Source: Podarcis pityusensis (taxonomy: Eukaryota). From it: 64,000 nt of DNA. The position numbers and the translations under genes are program-made. Every line of letters begins with the position of its first letter. Position 1 is the first letter of the stretch. The notes under the pieces were generated by a model that was not told the DNA's origin, did not search any database, and saw only the letters and a list, made by a program, of their open reading frames with translations. Below, piece by piece: positions 1-13,281 of this stretch. The stretch lies in the NCBI GenBank assembly GCA_964106645.2, contig OZ067040.1, one strand, 5' to 3'.

Positions 1-328
1 TCAGCATGTTTAAGGTGCCCACTGGTCATGGCATCCTGACTAGTGGGATCTGCTGGTCAGAAAATCCCTCTGAAACCTGCCTGCTGCATAGATGCTGGTT
101 CTTTGTTTATTTGGGCCAAGAAAATTGTAGATGCATCTAGGCCATCTCTGATGCCCAGAGATGTATTTTATCCAGTTGATCTTCACAGAGAATGGTGAAA
201 GAGTTGCATTTCAGCATGCAGAAATGTTTTCCTTACGCATTCTGCAATAGATGGAGGTTGTGGGGTTGCTAGCAAATGCTGAATTTAGTTGTACATCTAA
301 TACATATTTAACTTTAATTTTGCAACAG

Positions 329-457
329 GCAGATTTGAAATGTCAGTTGGGTGATGCTGGATATGTTGTATTTGGAGTAATCCTGTTTGTATGGGAACTT
401 CTGCCCACATCCTTAGTGGTGTTCTTCTTCCGTGTCCGAAACCCTACAAAAGACCTA
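329..457 (+). CDS. GPR137B: GPR137B (TM7SF1) coding exon, third from last; last TM helix
   Basis: cag|GCA...CTA|gtaagt; 129 nt; [43 protein letters not shown] matches vertebrate GPR137B. Confidence 0.95.
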
Positions 458-1719
458 GTAAGTTATATTTTCCTCGCATTCAACATATGCCCACTTCTTG
501 ATATTCTGTTTTTTTAAAAGGAAATGCCTCTCCTGTCCTAGCAATGTCACATGTCCCTTCTAAAATCTGAGTGCACACATTTATTGATCAATACAGACAC
601 CACCCTTTGTTTTTGCATAATTATTCTTCCGCTCAGCCCATTCTGCTCTAGAGTCATTAAAGGCAATTATTTCCTGATGTTAGGGGCTCTCAGCTTTGGG
701 GGAAGGAGGCACAGGGTTGTTGGCTCAAAATATCTGGATTGCAAATATTTATGATAAGGAAGGATTTGCTTGCCTTATTCTCAATTTATTGTGACTCACT
801 ATGAAATCATTTAAGAATTCATCTTTTTAAAGTTACATTTAAAGCAGAAGTTTGCAAAATGTTACAAAGGAGAGGGGACAGATCAGTGTATAGAGCTTCA
901 CTTTATTTAAACCAGATTCTTGTTTTGCATATTTGTGTTCCAAAATCTTTGTATGTAACTGATGTAGCCTTTTTTACTTTTTTGGTATTTCCCCAGGCTG
1001 GAAAATTAGGGAAATACACAAAAACATTTGTTTTTAAAATCAAAGGTTCTTTAAAAATTAAGATAAAATTGGAAAAAAAATATCATTTTCTCATCTTCAA
1101 TTCAAATCCTAAAGATTAGCCTGCATAACCATATTAGAATGCCAGCTACCTCCTCCCACCTTAAGGCTCTTACAAGATGCACCCCTTGCTTTGTTTATCA
1201 TTGAGCCTGATGAAGCATTATGGAGAATTCTAAAGCTTGCGTACTGTTTTGTGATACTTTTTGGGCCAACCACAGTATCTCCCAAATATGGATTTTGGAA
1301 TTGGATATTCTGGAAATTAGCCACTAGAGGGGAGTAATAGCAAAAAAAAAATAGTAATACACTGTACTATATATGTGACTGGAAGTTTATATAAGTACAT
1401 AGCAGAGCTTTGTTAACAGGGAATTAAATGACAGTTTAAATTGCAATAGAGACTCCTTTGATTAAGTTTGTATTACTTTATATCTTATTTAAAGAAGATC
1501 CTCATAATTTAATTATTTTTTTTCTCATGACACTATACGGTTCACAATGTGAGACACTGGGTGAAAAATGGTTTCCTCTCAAATCTAAGATGACAAAATA
1601 ATGCCAAGCTAAGCCAGTTTCTTCATGATAACAATGAGCAAATATAATTCTATGACCATTTTAGTATGCTTTTTTTTTAAAAAAAAATGACCATACTGGT
1701 ATTGTGAGCAACCTAATAA

Positions 1720-1866
1720 TAGCTGTTGACTAAAAGATCAGTTGGTAGAGCATGCAACTGTTAATCTTGGGATTGTGCAACATTGAGCAAAAAATTCCTG
1801 CATTTCAGGTGGTTGGACTAGATGACTCTTGTGGTCTCTTCCAACCCTACAATTCTCTGATTCTAT
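1720..1866 (+). mobile_element. tRNA-head / CR1-tail SINE
   Basis: TCAGTTGGTAGAGCAT head; GGACTAGATGA...TTCCAAC.CTACAATTCT tail; second copy at 55650. Confidence 0.65.
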
Positions 1867-2329
1867 TAATTTGGGTCCCTGTATTTAGTTTGGGACATTA
1901 GAGTTCAAAAAGAAATTGCAAAGATTCAATGTCAAATCAGATAACAAAAGACGAGATAATTTGGGTATGTCTCAATGGAGAATGGGTGGCTTGTTAAATC
2001 AGAGTGTAAATTAGAACAGATAAGCCAGATCATTTGCTTACTAATGATACTCTCATTATGCTTTGGAAACTTTGCAAGACTTAACTTTATATTGTCTGTT
2101 CCTGTTCACTCCCATCATTTCCCTCCAAGCAAAAGGAGAAAGAACAGAGGCTATATTCAGAAACGTTTACCAGAAGGCCAGCATGTAAATGAGTGCACAG
2201 AAACATGAGACAGGATAGGAGAAAAGTGATTAGAATTCTCTGCATTTCTCTTTAAAGACAGATGCCAAATCACAAAACTCGGCAACGGGAAATTGGTGCA
2301 ATGCAAAATAACTTCTCTTTCATCCCTAG

Positions 2330-2454
2330 ACAAACCCAGGGATAGTACCAACTCATGCGTTCAGTCCAAGATCTTATTTCTTTGACAATCCTCGCAGATA
2401 CGACAGTGATGATGATCTGGCATGGAGTATATCACCGCACAGTATACATGGCAG
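2330..2454 (+). CDS. GPR137B: GPR137B penultimate coding exon
   Basis: tag|ACA...AG|gtgagg; 125 nt; [32 protein letters not shown] with the GPR137-family [14 protein letters not shown] motif. Confidence 0.95.
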
Positions 2455-3415
2455 GTGAGGCAAACTGATGAACAGAGCCAAAGGGAATTGTGTCCAGTTG
2501 TGGCAGAATTCTAGCTTTGGTAGCTTCTGTGACCTGAGCAGAGGTAATTTTCAGAATTTCCCCCTTTCTCCTGTAGTCCCTCCTAGGGTCCTCCTAGAGC
2601 AGAGTGGAGGGGCACAAGGGCTTACAGAGGGAAGGAGTAATTAGCCTAGGCTACTTTAAAGAGCCTTCTGTCAGCAGAGGGACACAATTGTACAACACCC
2701 TTTAATTTCAAGGGGGACCTATTGATTTCAAATGTTCTACTTGGCTGTATTATGCCCAGTATTCTGCCACAACAACAATTTCTTCTTTATAGTATTCTGC
2801 CACGCTTCTGTGACACCTAGCTTCTATCACTCAAGTTTACGTGTGATTCTAACCTCTTTCTGTATACTCCATGGAAATTTGAGTTTCATTCCCCAATGCC
2901 CCGCATTATTAAATTGTACAGGACTGGGAGACACCAGACGAACAGGAATTACTTCCTACAATTCATTATTCTACACAAAGCTGGGAAGACAACCAGCTAA
3001 ACAGGTTATAAATGCCACAAACATGCAGAGAAGTTATTGTTGGAATCTTTATTAATGTGTCTCATCAAAATATGTTGCGTGTAAATGAAAGTTGTACTCA
3101 GATTTAGTTTCCAGTACAATTGGGGATTGTCAGCATAGAACTCTTGATGACCTGGATTAACAGCTAAGTATAAAATTTAAGCCAAGCCACAGTGTTATGT
3201 TCTTGTGTGATCCTATGCCCCTCTAGCAAATTCCTTTCTAGCTGCAGCAGGAATTCATTCCAGGAACCACAGGATTGCAGCAAACATGTCTGCACAATTC
3301 CTTGAACCAAAGGCTGTCTAGTGCCTGCTTAGAACTTCACAGGAACACATGACCTGAAGTATTGTTTATTGCCTATATTTTACCAAGTTAATTTCTCTTT
3401 AATTTTGTTTTCTAG

Positions 3416-3527
3416 TTTCTCCCCCGATTACTATGACTGGGGACATCAAACCAACAGCTTTATACCTCACATTGGATCCTTGCAGCAGGATTATACAACA
3501 GTGATAGAACGACCAAGCCCTATGTAG
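3416..3527 (+). CDS. GPR137B: GPR137B last coding exon
   Basis: Polypyrimidine tract + tag; phase matches the previous exon; (S)FSPDYYDWGHQTNSFIPHIGSLQQDYTTVIERPSPM*, TAG at 3525-3527. Confidence 0.93.
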
Positions 3528-4292
3528 CACCAAACCAATGTTGATTTTAAAAAATCAACATCAGTAATAAGGCACAAGTTACAGGGGCATAGCATGGCCC
3601 ATGGAAAAACATAGGAGTAAAAACAAGCTATAGGTTTACTTAGTTAAACCATACAGGTTTACCATAGTTATATTTTCATTCCAATATGCCTTGCTTAGGA
3701 TGTGATCTTGCAAAGATTTGCACATGTACTTTAATTATACATAGGAGCACTCCTACTGAAGTCACTGTGTCTCCTTTTATAATGAAGACAAAATACAGAG
3801 GTGTTATTACAGACTGCAGCCTAAGAGAAAATATTTGTATTCTGTATTATCTATTTTTATGTTGGAAAACTACTGCTATAAATTTATAGCCCTTTTCTTA
3901 TATTGTCACTGTTTATATGTACAGAAATAGTTTTGTGTCTCATGTTATAATGTATTCAGTAGGATATGATGATGATGATGAGTTGTGACCATCATACAAA
4001 CTATTTTGACAATGTTAATATAAAAACATTTTAAAAATACTCCTAGTTCCAACAAAACGTTCATTATAAAAAGTCTAATATTACTTGATGCATGTATGGA
4101 ATGGATGACATGTAAGTATTGCCAATTGTGATTAATGAGAAACTGCTAATTTTATATTCAGTTTCTTGGGATCCTACCATGAGGAAAGAATAGACATAAA
4201 ATAAAAAGCTTCCACGATACCTATGAGCTCAGCATTTGATAGGAGTTCATCATTTGATATAAGCAAACAACAGATCTGTATGTAAGCTTAAG

Positions 4293-4298
4293 AATAAA
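4293..4298 (+). terminator. Candidate GPR137B poly(A) signal AATAAA
   Basis: AATAAA about 770 nt after the stop in an AT-rich UTR; another AATAAA lies near 4200. Confidence 0.4.
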
Positions 4299-7200
4299 CA
4301 CTGTCCAAGTCTTAATAGAAAACCAAAAGTTTTATTAGTATTTATCACTGTATATAGTCCAGAGTCCATTTTTTTACCAGTATAAGATATCTGTCCAACA
4401 TTAATTATTACTTGTGTTTGTCATTTCTAATTACTAGCCATGGCTCTGCCAATATTTTTCATGAGTCAGCTGAACACCAAGTGATCATCTAAAGATCAGG
4501 TGCCAAATTCAGTTCTTTGCCTTTTATTGGTAATCCAGGCTTCATTTACATTTTCTGTTCAAAGTTGCAGGTACATTGGCGCAAACTACATTGTATATCT
4601 GTACAATGACACTTTTAGACAACATATGAAAAGTGCAAGGCCCATTTTTGAGAAGAGAGGGCAAATGGGGTGGGGTAATCTTTGTCCCTCATTTGGGAGA
4701 ATGTTTTGTAAACGAGTAAACAGATGTATTAACAAGGGAATTATTGTTCCTAGCAGGATGCAGTCTTAAAGAAAATGTTACCACTTCCTTCATTAATATC
4801 TACTTCAAGTATTACTCATTTGATCTAGTGAGTAGAATGCAGACCAAATAGGTAGCCTGTATACCACAGCAACTGAAAAAAATGAAGTGAGTGGGTAAAA
4901 ATGGCTTGGTTGACTAAGCTCAATAGGTACAATATAGGAGCCTGCTTTTGCCCAGCTATAAATAAGAATATCAAGGTTATAGCCACCCTATCCTCACATA
5001 CAAAAGAAGCTGCACCAAGGAAAGATGATTCTTATTATCTAAATTATACAAATTTGCTTTTTGCAGAATTCATTTTGCTTCAGGCACAGGGTCGGGAACT
5101 ATACCCACAAACTGAAAGACCTGCTTTAGCCCAGTAGGATTCTCAGGTTCTGATTTCAGTCACACGGGGCCCCACAATAGGACCAGAACCAAACCAGGTA
5201 GACTGGGATATATCTGGCAGAATCTGGTGTTTACTGAGTTTCCAAACCTAGCTACTATTTAATGAGTTTATTTTCCAGTTAAGTGTACATCGAATTGCTG
5301 CCCACGTATATTTGGAACTTCATTTTTGAAGTCAATTACTTGAGACATTCATTAGCAAAGAAAGAACAGTATGTTTGCAGCCCACTCAGAACAGTCACAT
5401 GAAGTGCCTGTTCTCTCCCTTCGCCTTCGCCTCCATCTAGACCATGCCTGCAGGACTTGCAACAGGCAAACAAACATGGTGCCCAAAGTCACCGATGATA
5501 GCCTACAAGGCAGACAGTAAAACTAGGAAGCTTAGAGGCCTTCCTGGGCTAGAAGCTATAAAAGCCTGTCTCTCATTGCATTTATCAATCAAGTGTGCCA
5601 TACTATTCAGTACAATTTTGGTATAAACTTCTCATTTGCCCTACAAATAAAAACCACTAACTTTTGTTACAAACAGCCCTTTCTTCCCCTCACATTCAGT
5701 AAATTAAGACTGCAATCCCATGGCCCTAGAAAAGCAGTCCCAGGGGCACACAGAAGGCTGTGTACACACTCCCATTGAGACTGCATCCAGTGCATTTCCA
5801 TCACTGGCTCCCATCACATAAGCCTCAAGCAAGATCTATCCTGTCGTTTCTTATGAAATGCTGCATTTCCCACCAAAGTAAATTTGATCAGAATTGAGAC
5901 AAAGAATGACCTACCTGCAGAAACAGAAAATTGAGGAGGAAAGTCCTTAATGTGTACAAAGCCTAAATCATTTCTCCCTCTCCAGCCTAAAGGTAGAACT
6001 CTGACATTGGAGGGGGAGCTCTGAGGTTGAATTCCTCACCCCGCCATTATGATACAATGGCCAAACTGATATTAGATCTATAGCATTAGTAGGGCTAAAT
6101 GTGATGTGGGGGGCATGCTACAGAAAAACTGGTCAGTGGCTTGGATCCAAAGCTATTCCAGGACTCTGACATGCTCCCAAAGCAGGGAGAGATTTAGACT
6201 AGTTTAGGAGCCAGTCTAAAATTTCTCCTGTCCCCCCCCCCCACTGTTCTCAAACAATGTAAAACAGACAAAGGAGGGTCAGAGTACTCCTCGGACTTCG
6301 TTTTTGTCATGCTCATGCAGTTAAAACAGTTTTCAGATTCTTCCTCTTAGGGTTGCAGCGCAACAGCTATTTTTCAAGTGCACCAAAGGCACTTGTCAGT
6401 TTTGCCTCTCTGCTATGCCTGTGCAGATATTAAAAACCTTTCTGGGTGATTACATATGCAAAGTGAAAATATGAGTGTCACAGTGTCCTCCAGGTCCTAT
6501 TTTTGCCAGCTTATCACACTACAAACTTGCAATGAAAATATTAACCTGTGCCTTAGCTCTTTGGGGCCCAGCAACTTGTGTATTGATGCAGCTGTGTAAT
6601 CTTCATTCAGCAATTGCTTATCTGCACCCAACTGATTCTATATCCACTCCCAATTTTGGGTGGTGGACAATGGGGTAGTGTTCAACATAGCACTAAGCAA
6701 ATTGTTCCATCGCCATGAGGATTTCTCCTTGCCCATCTCTTCTCCCTACATGACCCTTAAACCTGTTCGCTACTCATACTTCCTATGTTCACCACCAGTT
6801 AACCCAGTAGAAGCCTTTGTGATCTTAGCTGTACATAAGTGACTTTCCAATTCAGCCTTGTAATGACTACAATCATTTTTTGGATTCAGCATTATACCTC
6901 CTTGCAAAAAGACAAGAAATTACCCGATGTAACCCCCCAACTTTTTCCATAGTCAAAGTAGCATAAGTGGGAAGAAGTGACATTTATTTGAACTTGAATT
7001 TGGAGAACTTACATTTGACCCTTGTCTATTTAAGCCACTCCTGCCAACAGAGCACCATTTTATTTGACCTTGTTTTGCAAGGAACTGTTTGCAATCAAGC
7101 ATTTAAGCATTTTCATGCCCATGCTGTTAGGTTCCAACAAACATGCACCAAGAAAGAGCTGAAGATACAAGGATTGTGGGCAGACCAGCATGTATTCCAT

Positions 7201-7589
7201 GATAGCACAGTAACATTGTAAATTAGGATGCAGAAATTATGCAACTTGAAGGTTGGCTTCAGAATTTCTCGGTGCACCTCAAACAAAATGCAGCAAACCT
7301 TATTACTAGCAGGTCAATATTTCACTAGTCTTAACCAGAAAAATGAAGCCTCACTACTGGTTTCCATGATCACTAACATTTTCAAGATTCTTCTACAATC
7401 CTGAATATTTGAAACTCACTTTCCTTTCAGTTTACTTTTGATTTTGGAGTTGTGCTGCTTCAAAAGCTAAGGGGTAAACCTCAAACCACACACATGTCTA
7501 CAACCAGATCTAATCAGACAAGGTGATCGGGTCAGTTTCACAACCTGGCTAGAAAACTTGCTGGTGTGACCTACTCTGCTTGATAGTCT

Positions 7590-7775
7590 TGTTAAAACGT
7601 TCCTTTTTAACCAGGCCTTTGGTTGATTTGATTGACCTCCTATGCCCTTTTAAAATGTGAGGGTTTTTTTGGGGGGGTGTTATTGGGTTGTTGTTTTTCT
7701 TTTCATTATATATTTTGTGGTTTTATATTCTGATTTTATTCTGTGAAAAGTCCTGAGACCTGCGGGTATAGGGAT
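7590..7775 (+). mobile_element. L2-type LINE 3' tail
   Basis: TTAAAAC...TTT..CCAGGCCTTT, T-rich tract, CTGTGAA...CCTGAGACC...GGGTATAGGG. Confidence 0.5.
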
Positions 7776-8098
7776 TTTCTGCTATAAGAAAAAAAGATGG
7801 ATAAAGCAATGGGAAAATATGAGAGGATTACCATTGGCTTGTGACATTGTCTGGGACCCTATAAAATGCATGAATGAGGCACAGCAACTATATATTAAAA
7901 GCCTCCTGTGAAAGCACTTTCATTATAAGCAAAATATAAATGTTTTGAGCAAAAATAGTGCTATAACCATCCACTCATGTTCCTTCCCACATTTTCAGCT
8001 GCAAAGTTATGGAGTGGTGTAACACAAAGCTAGCAACATAACTGTATAAACGCAAACCACAGTAAAGATTACTTAGATTAGAAGTGTTTAAGAGCACT

Positions 8099-8114
8099 TT
8101 TAATTCATTTTAAT
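8099..8114 (-). terminator. Candidate ERO1B poly(A) signals (two ATTAAA)
   Basis: TTTAAT at 8099-8104 and 8109-8114; on the minus strand TGTA elements lie upstream and a GT-rich tract lies downstream; about 1.3 kb after the stop. Confidence 0.4.
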
Positions 8115-9371
8115 TCAGATTATTTTACTTATCAAAGCAAAACTTATGTACAAATCTATATACTGTACCAACATTGACATTCATGCTGTACTCAAACATC
8201 CCTCACTAAATACAAATATTACATCACAGACAGCTTCTAAGTCAGCTGCTCCATCGCACGTTACAGAACTTCTCTTCCTTTGTATTTAAAATTTTAAAAA
8301 TTACTTGTTTTCTGCTATTGTTCTGCAGTGACTAAATGGAAGTCCCCTTTGCAAGAAATGATCGAGAATCAAATTTCTGCAGAGCATACCCGTTTTAGTA
8401 CAGACATTGTGTATCTTTTTGTAAGGTACAAATGGGAGATTGCATAGGCAGGATATGCAGTACTGAATTCCGAGAACTGACACTATTTTTAAAGTGTTTG
8501 TCTAGGAGTATTTTGCTTTTAGTCTCACAAAAATATTACGGGGCTTACCAGAACAGGGAGAATGGGTGTCAATCTTGAAAGATTGCAAGTGGTATAATTA
8601 AAATTTTCTTAGCTCTCTAGAAATTGAGAGAGAGGTTTTGGCTACATGGTAAAGAGCCAACAGCAGGCTTGAGCAAAGCATTTCAAGCTAGCAGCACTTC
8701 ACTCTAAAGGCCCCTTCAGTGGACACGCATAACAGGAATTGAGGGACTCTGGAGTACAGTTAACCCAGTCTTGTCTCCTCACAGAGAAGGCAACGGTGAT
8801 ATGGAGAAACAGAAAATTAAGGAGGAGGAAAGGAAGCAAGTACAAAAATAAAACAAAATGTGATTGAAGAATGCTGGTCTCCCCTGGGTGCCAAGGGGCT
8901 TATTTTAGTAAAACTTTACTGGCCATTTCAGCTACTGTTAACAGACATCAAAACACAGAAAATCTTTTAACAGCACCTGGTCCTTCCGATACAAACAAAC
9001 GTTAAAAATATGACCACCAGCTATTTTTGAGCAACACTGCAAGGTTTTCCATATCACCTGACTTAGTAAGTGCAGTTTGATGTAAATCAAGAGTCTCTGA
9101 ATAGACAAAATAATAAAAGTTCATAACAAATGATGGTTCAAGAGATGTACAAAGATAAACACACTGAACAGTGGAAGGATGAACATAATTTACATGTTTA
9201 AAGTTAGGTACTTCATACTTAAATATTTTGTCCAATGACTAACCTTTCCTACCTTAAATATTCAAGTTGGTATTATATCCCCCCCCTTAGAACAGTTTGT
9301 ATAAAGATTGATTTTGTCTTTCCCAATGTCAAATGAATGGTTGCTTCCACCACTAAGTAGAAAAGCCTTCG

Positions 9372-9432
9372 TTAACTTCTCTGTTGTAATAAAGCTTTGA
9401 AATTCTGCAGTTCTCGTATACTTGTGGAAAGC
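9372..9432 (-). CDS. ERO1B: ERO1B exon 16 (last coding exon)
   Basis: cacag|G CTT TCC...; (R)LSTSIRELQNFKALLQQRS*, TAA at 9374-9372. Confidence 0.93.
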
Positions 9433-10042
9433 CTGTGATGCAGCAGAAAAAAAAGATTGAGATTAAAATGATTGTACATTGTAATCAATCTCAAGTTAGA
9501 AACATTAAACTCCCTAGTTTGAGAGTCTCTGCCTTGAGGGCACTGGAAATTAATTCATTCCTCACAGTCCAGTACCTTTTTCACGACACAATGACTGGCA
9601 ATACAACCTCACAGTGTTCTTTCAAAAAGGTTCATTTTGCCAAAAATGCTGAAGAAAAAAGTAACTTCATTATTACTTTTTCACCTGAAATGTTTGTGTG
9701 AATCAATACTTTGCTATAAAACAGGATTAGTGTCCTGTGCAACTGAAGATGAAATCCAGAACACTGAAACTTCTATTCTCAGTGCGGAAACTGCTGGTCT
9801 CATGTATGTGGCTAACATATATTTAGTATCTTGATCAAAATAAAAATGTTCTTTTTGAAAACGTATTAGGAGAGACCTTTGTAACAGTGTGGTTGCTGTG
9901 GATTCAACCCTAGCAGCTGTTTGAAATATTTGTAGATTTTTTAAAGCAAACCTGAACCATTTCCTATTCCATGTACTCTTCAGCAATCATCGGGTCAACC
10001 ATCAACATGTGCTGCTTCATGTAACTTAATGAAGCTATCAGG

Positions 10043-10461
10043 TGTCAGGACTGGTCGTTGTCCTCTTCAGATCACCACACAAACGCTTCTTGTTCTTTTA
10101 TAACTTTTTATTGTGTATTAACAAAATAATCTTATAAACAGTTCTTAACTATTATTCCTCAGAGTCACTTCTTTCAGATACCTTCTGAGCTCTGCTTCTC
10201 CGTGACCAGCCACCCTCAAAATGGCGAAGGCGCCCTTCCCTTCGTTTTCCCGTTCTTTTTTCTAACCTCCTGGCTAGAGCTGGCCTGTATCTCCCCTCCT
10301 CCGAATCTGAGCTAGAAGTGAACCCTTGCCTTTCCTGTGAACAGCCGGTCCCTCCCTGTTGTTCCTCTTGCTCCCTTCTGTTAGATTCACTGCTCTCCTT
10401 CCCCCCTTGGGGAATGCTTTCTCCCTCTGATAAACTGAAAACTTCTAACTCTTCCCTGACA
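10043..10461 (-). mobile_element. Solo LTR (Gypsy-like) in ERO1B intron 15
   Basis: TGTCAGG...CCTGACA termini; perfect 5-bp TSD TCAGG (10038-10042, 10462-10466); minus-strand AATAAA at 10112-10107. Confidence 0.85.
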
Positions 10462-11296
10462 TCAGGAATCTAATATACTACTCTTAAAATGAATGGGAAA
10501 GTGAAATTACGACGCCACTATAATTGGGGTCCCAGCAACTGCTCTAAATAGGGAAGAAAAAATGAGTGCAATATTCAAATATACCCATCTGCAATCAGAG
10601 TGGATTTCTGCTTGTGCAACAGTAGTTCCTGTTCTCCTACCCTCTGTTGTCCCCCAAATATGCTTTAGCTGGTTTAGGAAGGGAAGGAAGAATTCTGCTT
10701 GCTTAAATGTTGCGCAACATCATTAGTATCTGGTCTGTATCACATATTTTTTGCTTTTTTTTTAGGTTGTAGCACTTAGAGCACTGGTGTTTTTTATAAC
10801 TCCCCCCTTACATTCTTGTGTGTAGAAAAAAACAAAACCTAATTACAAAGCACTGGATCCCAGATCCCAGAAGTAATTTGACTTTAGGGGGTTAATTCTG
10901 CTCCAAATTATCCTTATGTTAACACTTTCACAATGTAAACTTGAAACACTGATATCTCATTTGTAATGTCCTTTGGTAAAGAGACCCACCCGCCACCACT
11001 GCATTCAGCTATTGGAATACATTGGACCCCTTCCATCATTCACTATGAGCCTAATATTTCACCTAGATGTTTCATTTGTTAATGTTTTCTCGTCTGTTAT
11101 AAGCCCAATATTTAATGTTGAACTGGAGTTATTCTGAAATCAAATTACAGCTTTATTTTAAGCTAGGATTTTAAGGGTTTCTGTTGGATCCCAGTAGCAG
11201 ATTGATATGGGGGGGGAGGGATGGTGCAGACGAATTAAAATACATAGCCTATAACTACATAGCTATAAAAGAATTAAGTGTAAAAATATAACTTGC

Positions 11297-11430
11297 CTTC
11301 CAAATGCATTCAGAAGAGCAACTATTTCTTGTCGTGTCAGTTGAAAACCTTTTGATGGGCTATTTTCAGGAAGGTTTTTTATTTCCTTTTCCGAGAATAA
11401 GATCTTCAAAGCAGTTCCTAAACCTTGAGT
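11297..11430 (-). CDS. ERO1B: ERO1B exon 15
   Basis: [44 protein letters not shown]; 134 nt; the donor is non-canonical AG|GCAAGT. Confidence 0.93.
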
Positions 11431-12075
11431 CTAAAAGAACACAGTAAAACAGCAAGAATACAGACCTCCTAGTCCCAAACCCCCAACTGATAACAGAAAG
11501 GTTTTATATAGCTATCATGCAGCAATTAAAGCCTTTCTGCCACCAACCTTACACAAAGTAATACATGCAGTCTCCTAGTCCTTCACCATTTTATTTTCAG
11601 TTCATATTAATAAAACCATTCTCAATAAAATAATAAAACCCTATTTTCCAGCTTTTTTCCATTATTCTTGATGAATATATAACTGCAATACAAAGAATAG
11701 AAGTCTCAACAAGGTATGATTTATATTTTATAATTACTAAAAATATTCCTATCATTGTAAGACTATGTACTGTACTCAAAGCAACAACAAAGTACAGTTT
11801 ATGCAGCTGGAATTCAAGGTACAAGTCTTTGTATAAACAAAGACTGAAATTACGTGAGTGCATACTAAGGCTAATAAATATGGGCTTTGTAGTGACATGA
11901 ACCACTGTGCTGATATGAACCAGCCACAAAAGGCAGAGTCCCAACCCGAGGGTTCTGGGCCTGTTGCAAGGCAAGAACCCCAAACTCCTGGCATCAGAAG
12001 AATGTGTTAGAAGGTTTTGCATGGGAGACCATTTCACAGCCCCAGAACATGTTAACTCACAAAAAAATCACATAC

Positions 12076-12162
12076 CTGCAATTTGCCCCATAACCTGCAC
12101 TTATCACATCCAACACAGTCCATTATGCGGGATATGTTCTTGAAATGTAACCTGAATTCTTC
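12076..12162 (-). CDS. ERO1B: ERO1B exon 14 (inner active site CxxCxxC)
   Basis: [29 protein letters not shown]; 87 nt; tag/gtatg. Confidence 0.97.
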
Positions 12163-12550
12163 CTACCAATAAAAACAAAACATAATTTTTAAAGATACAA
12201 TAAAAAGTGTGGATTCGCCCCTCAACCCCCATCCATGTGTATGAATTCATCTTCTCTTTTCAGTACTAACCACCAGGTGGTGTTAAATCTGCACTGGTGC
12301 TCTCACTAGCTCAAAGTGCAGTTCACAAACCCCCTTCTAACCAAGGCCTGCAAACTGGTTACTGTACTTTCTACACTAACCACTGTCAGCTCTGAAAAGG
12401 AAAAGGTTAATTTGCACATGAAAGGTTAGGAGACTATAAAGCCAGCTGGGAACTCCAAACCCTCTAATCATGGCTAGGATAGGGCAGTATTACATAACCA
12501 TACCAGTTATTATAGGAAATATTTGCTTTAGTAATAAACCATGTTTAATA

Positions 12551-12792
12551 CAGTGGTACCTTGGTTTAAGAACAGTCCAGTTTAAGAACAATTTGGTTTA
12601 CAAACTCCGCAAAACCAGAAATAGTGTCTTGGTTTCAGAACTTTACCTTGGTCTAAAGAACAGAATCCAAACGGTGGAAGGGTACCGGCGGCGGGAAGAC
12701 TCATGAGGGAAAGTGCACCTCGGTTTAAGAACGGTTTTGGTTTAAGAACGGGCTTCTGGAACGGATTTAGTTCGTAAACTGAGGTACCACTG
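12551..12792. mobile_element. Tc1/mariner MITE
   Basis: TA|CAGTGGTACCT...AGGTACCACTG|TA. Confidence 0.9.
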
Positions 12793-13281
12793 TACTGTTT
12801 TGCAAAACATCAACATATTAAGGTAAATGAAAGAACCATTGTTTGTGACCTCCAAATGTAATGTGATGGTGCTAAAATTAGGCAAGTAAATACCATGACT
12901 AGTCTAAAACAAAAAACCAACAGGGCGCGTTCAGTGATGCAGCCCATTAGCAACAATGTACCAAAGTTTTATGGTCAGTGGAATATCCAGCATGTTTCTA
13001 GTAATTTCCTTAAGTGCTTCATAAATGTGTGAGAATTTAGAAGGAGGTTAGGGTTTGGTGAGGAGTCTTACTCAAATGAAATTAGAGAAGTTCTCATGCT
13101 GAAGCCACAGTCAAGACTAAGCAGTTCTCTATTCTGAATCATATTCTAACCAAACCAATTTCATCTGTCCCCAAAACACCTATAGACTCCCCCCCAGAGA
13201 TTAACACCTAGTTTTTAAGTAAGACTTTTTGTCTTGTTTGAATAGCTCATGTAAAAATTTCACTGGCATTACTGTATTTAC

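Noticed and set aside
1720-1800. tRNA gene
   Set aside because: Only a degenerate tRNA-like SINE head joined to a CR1 tail; no cloverleaf. The other SINE heads are the same.
8329-8425. Plus-strand exon-like segment as an alternative GPR137B terminal exon
   Set aside because: It would add only S-D-stop after the penultimate exon and lies within the likely ERO1B 3' UTR; no other support
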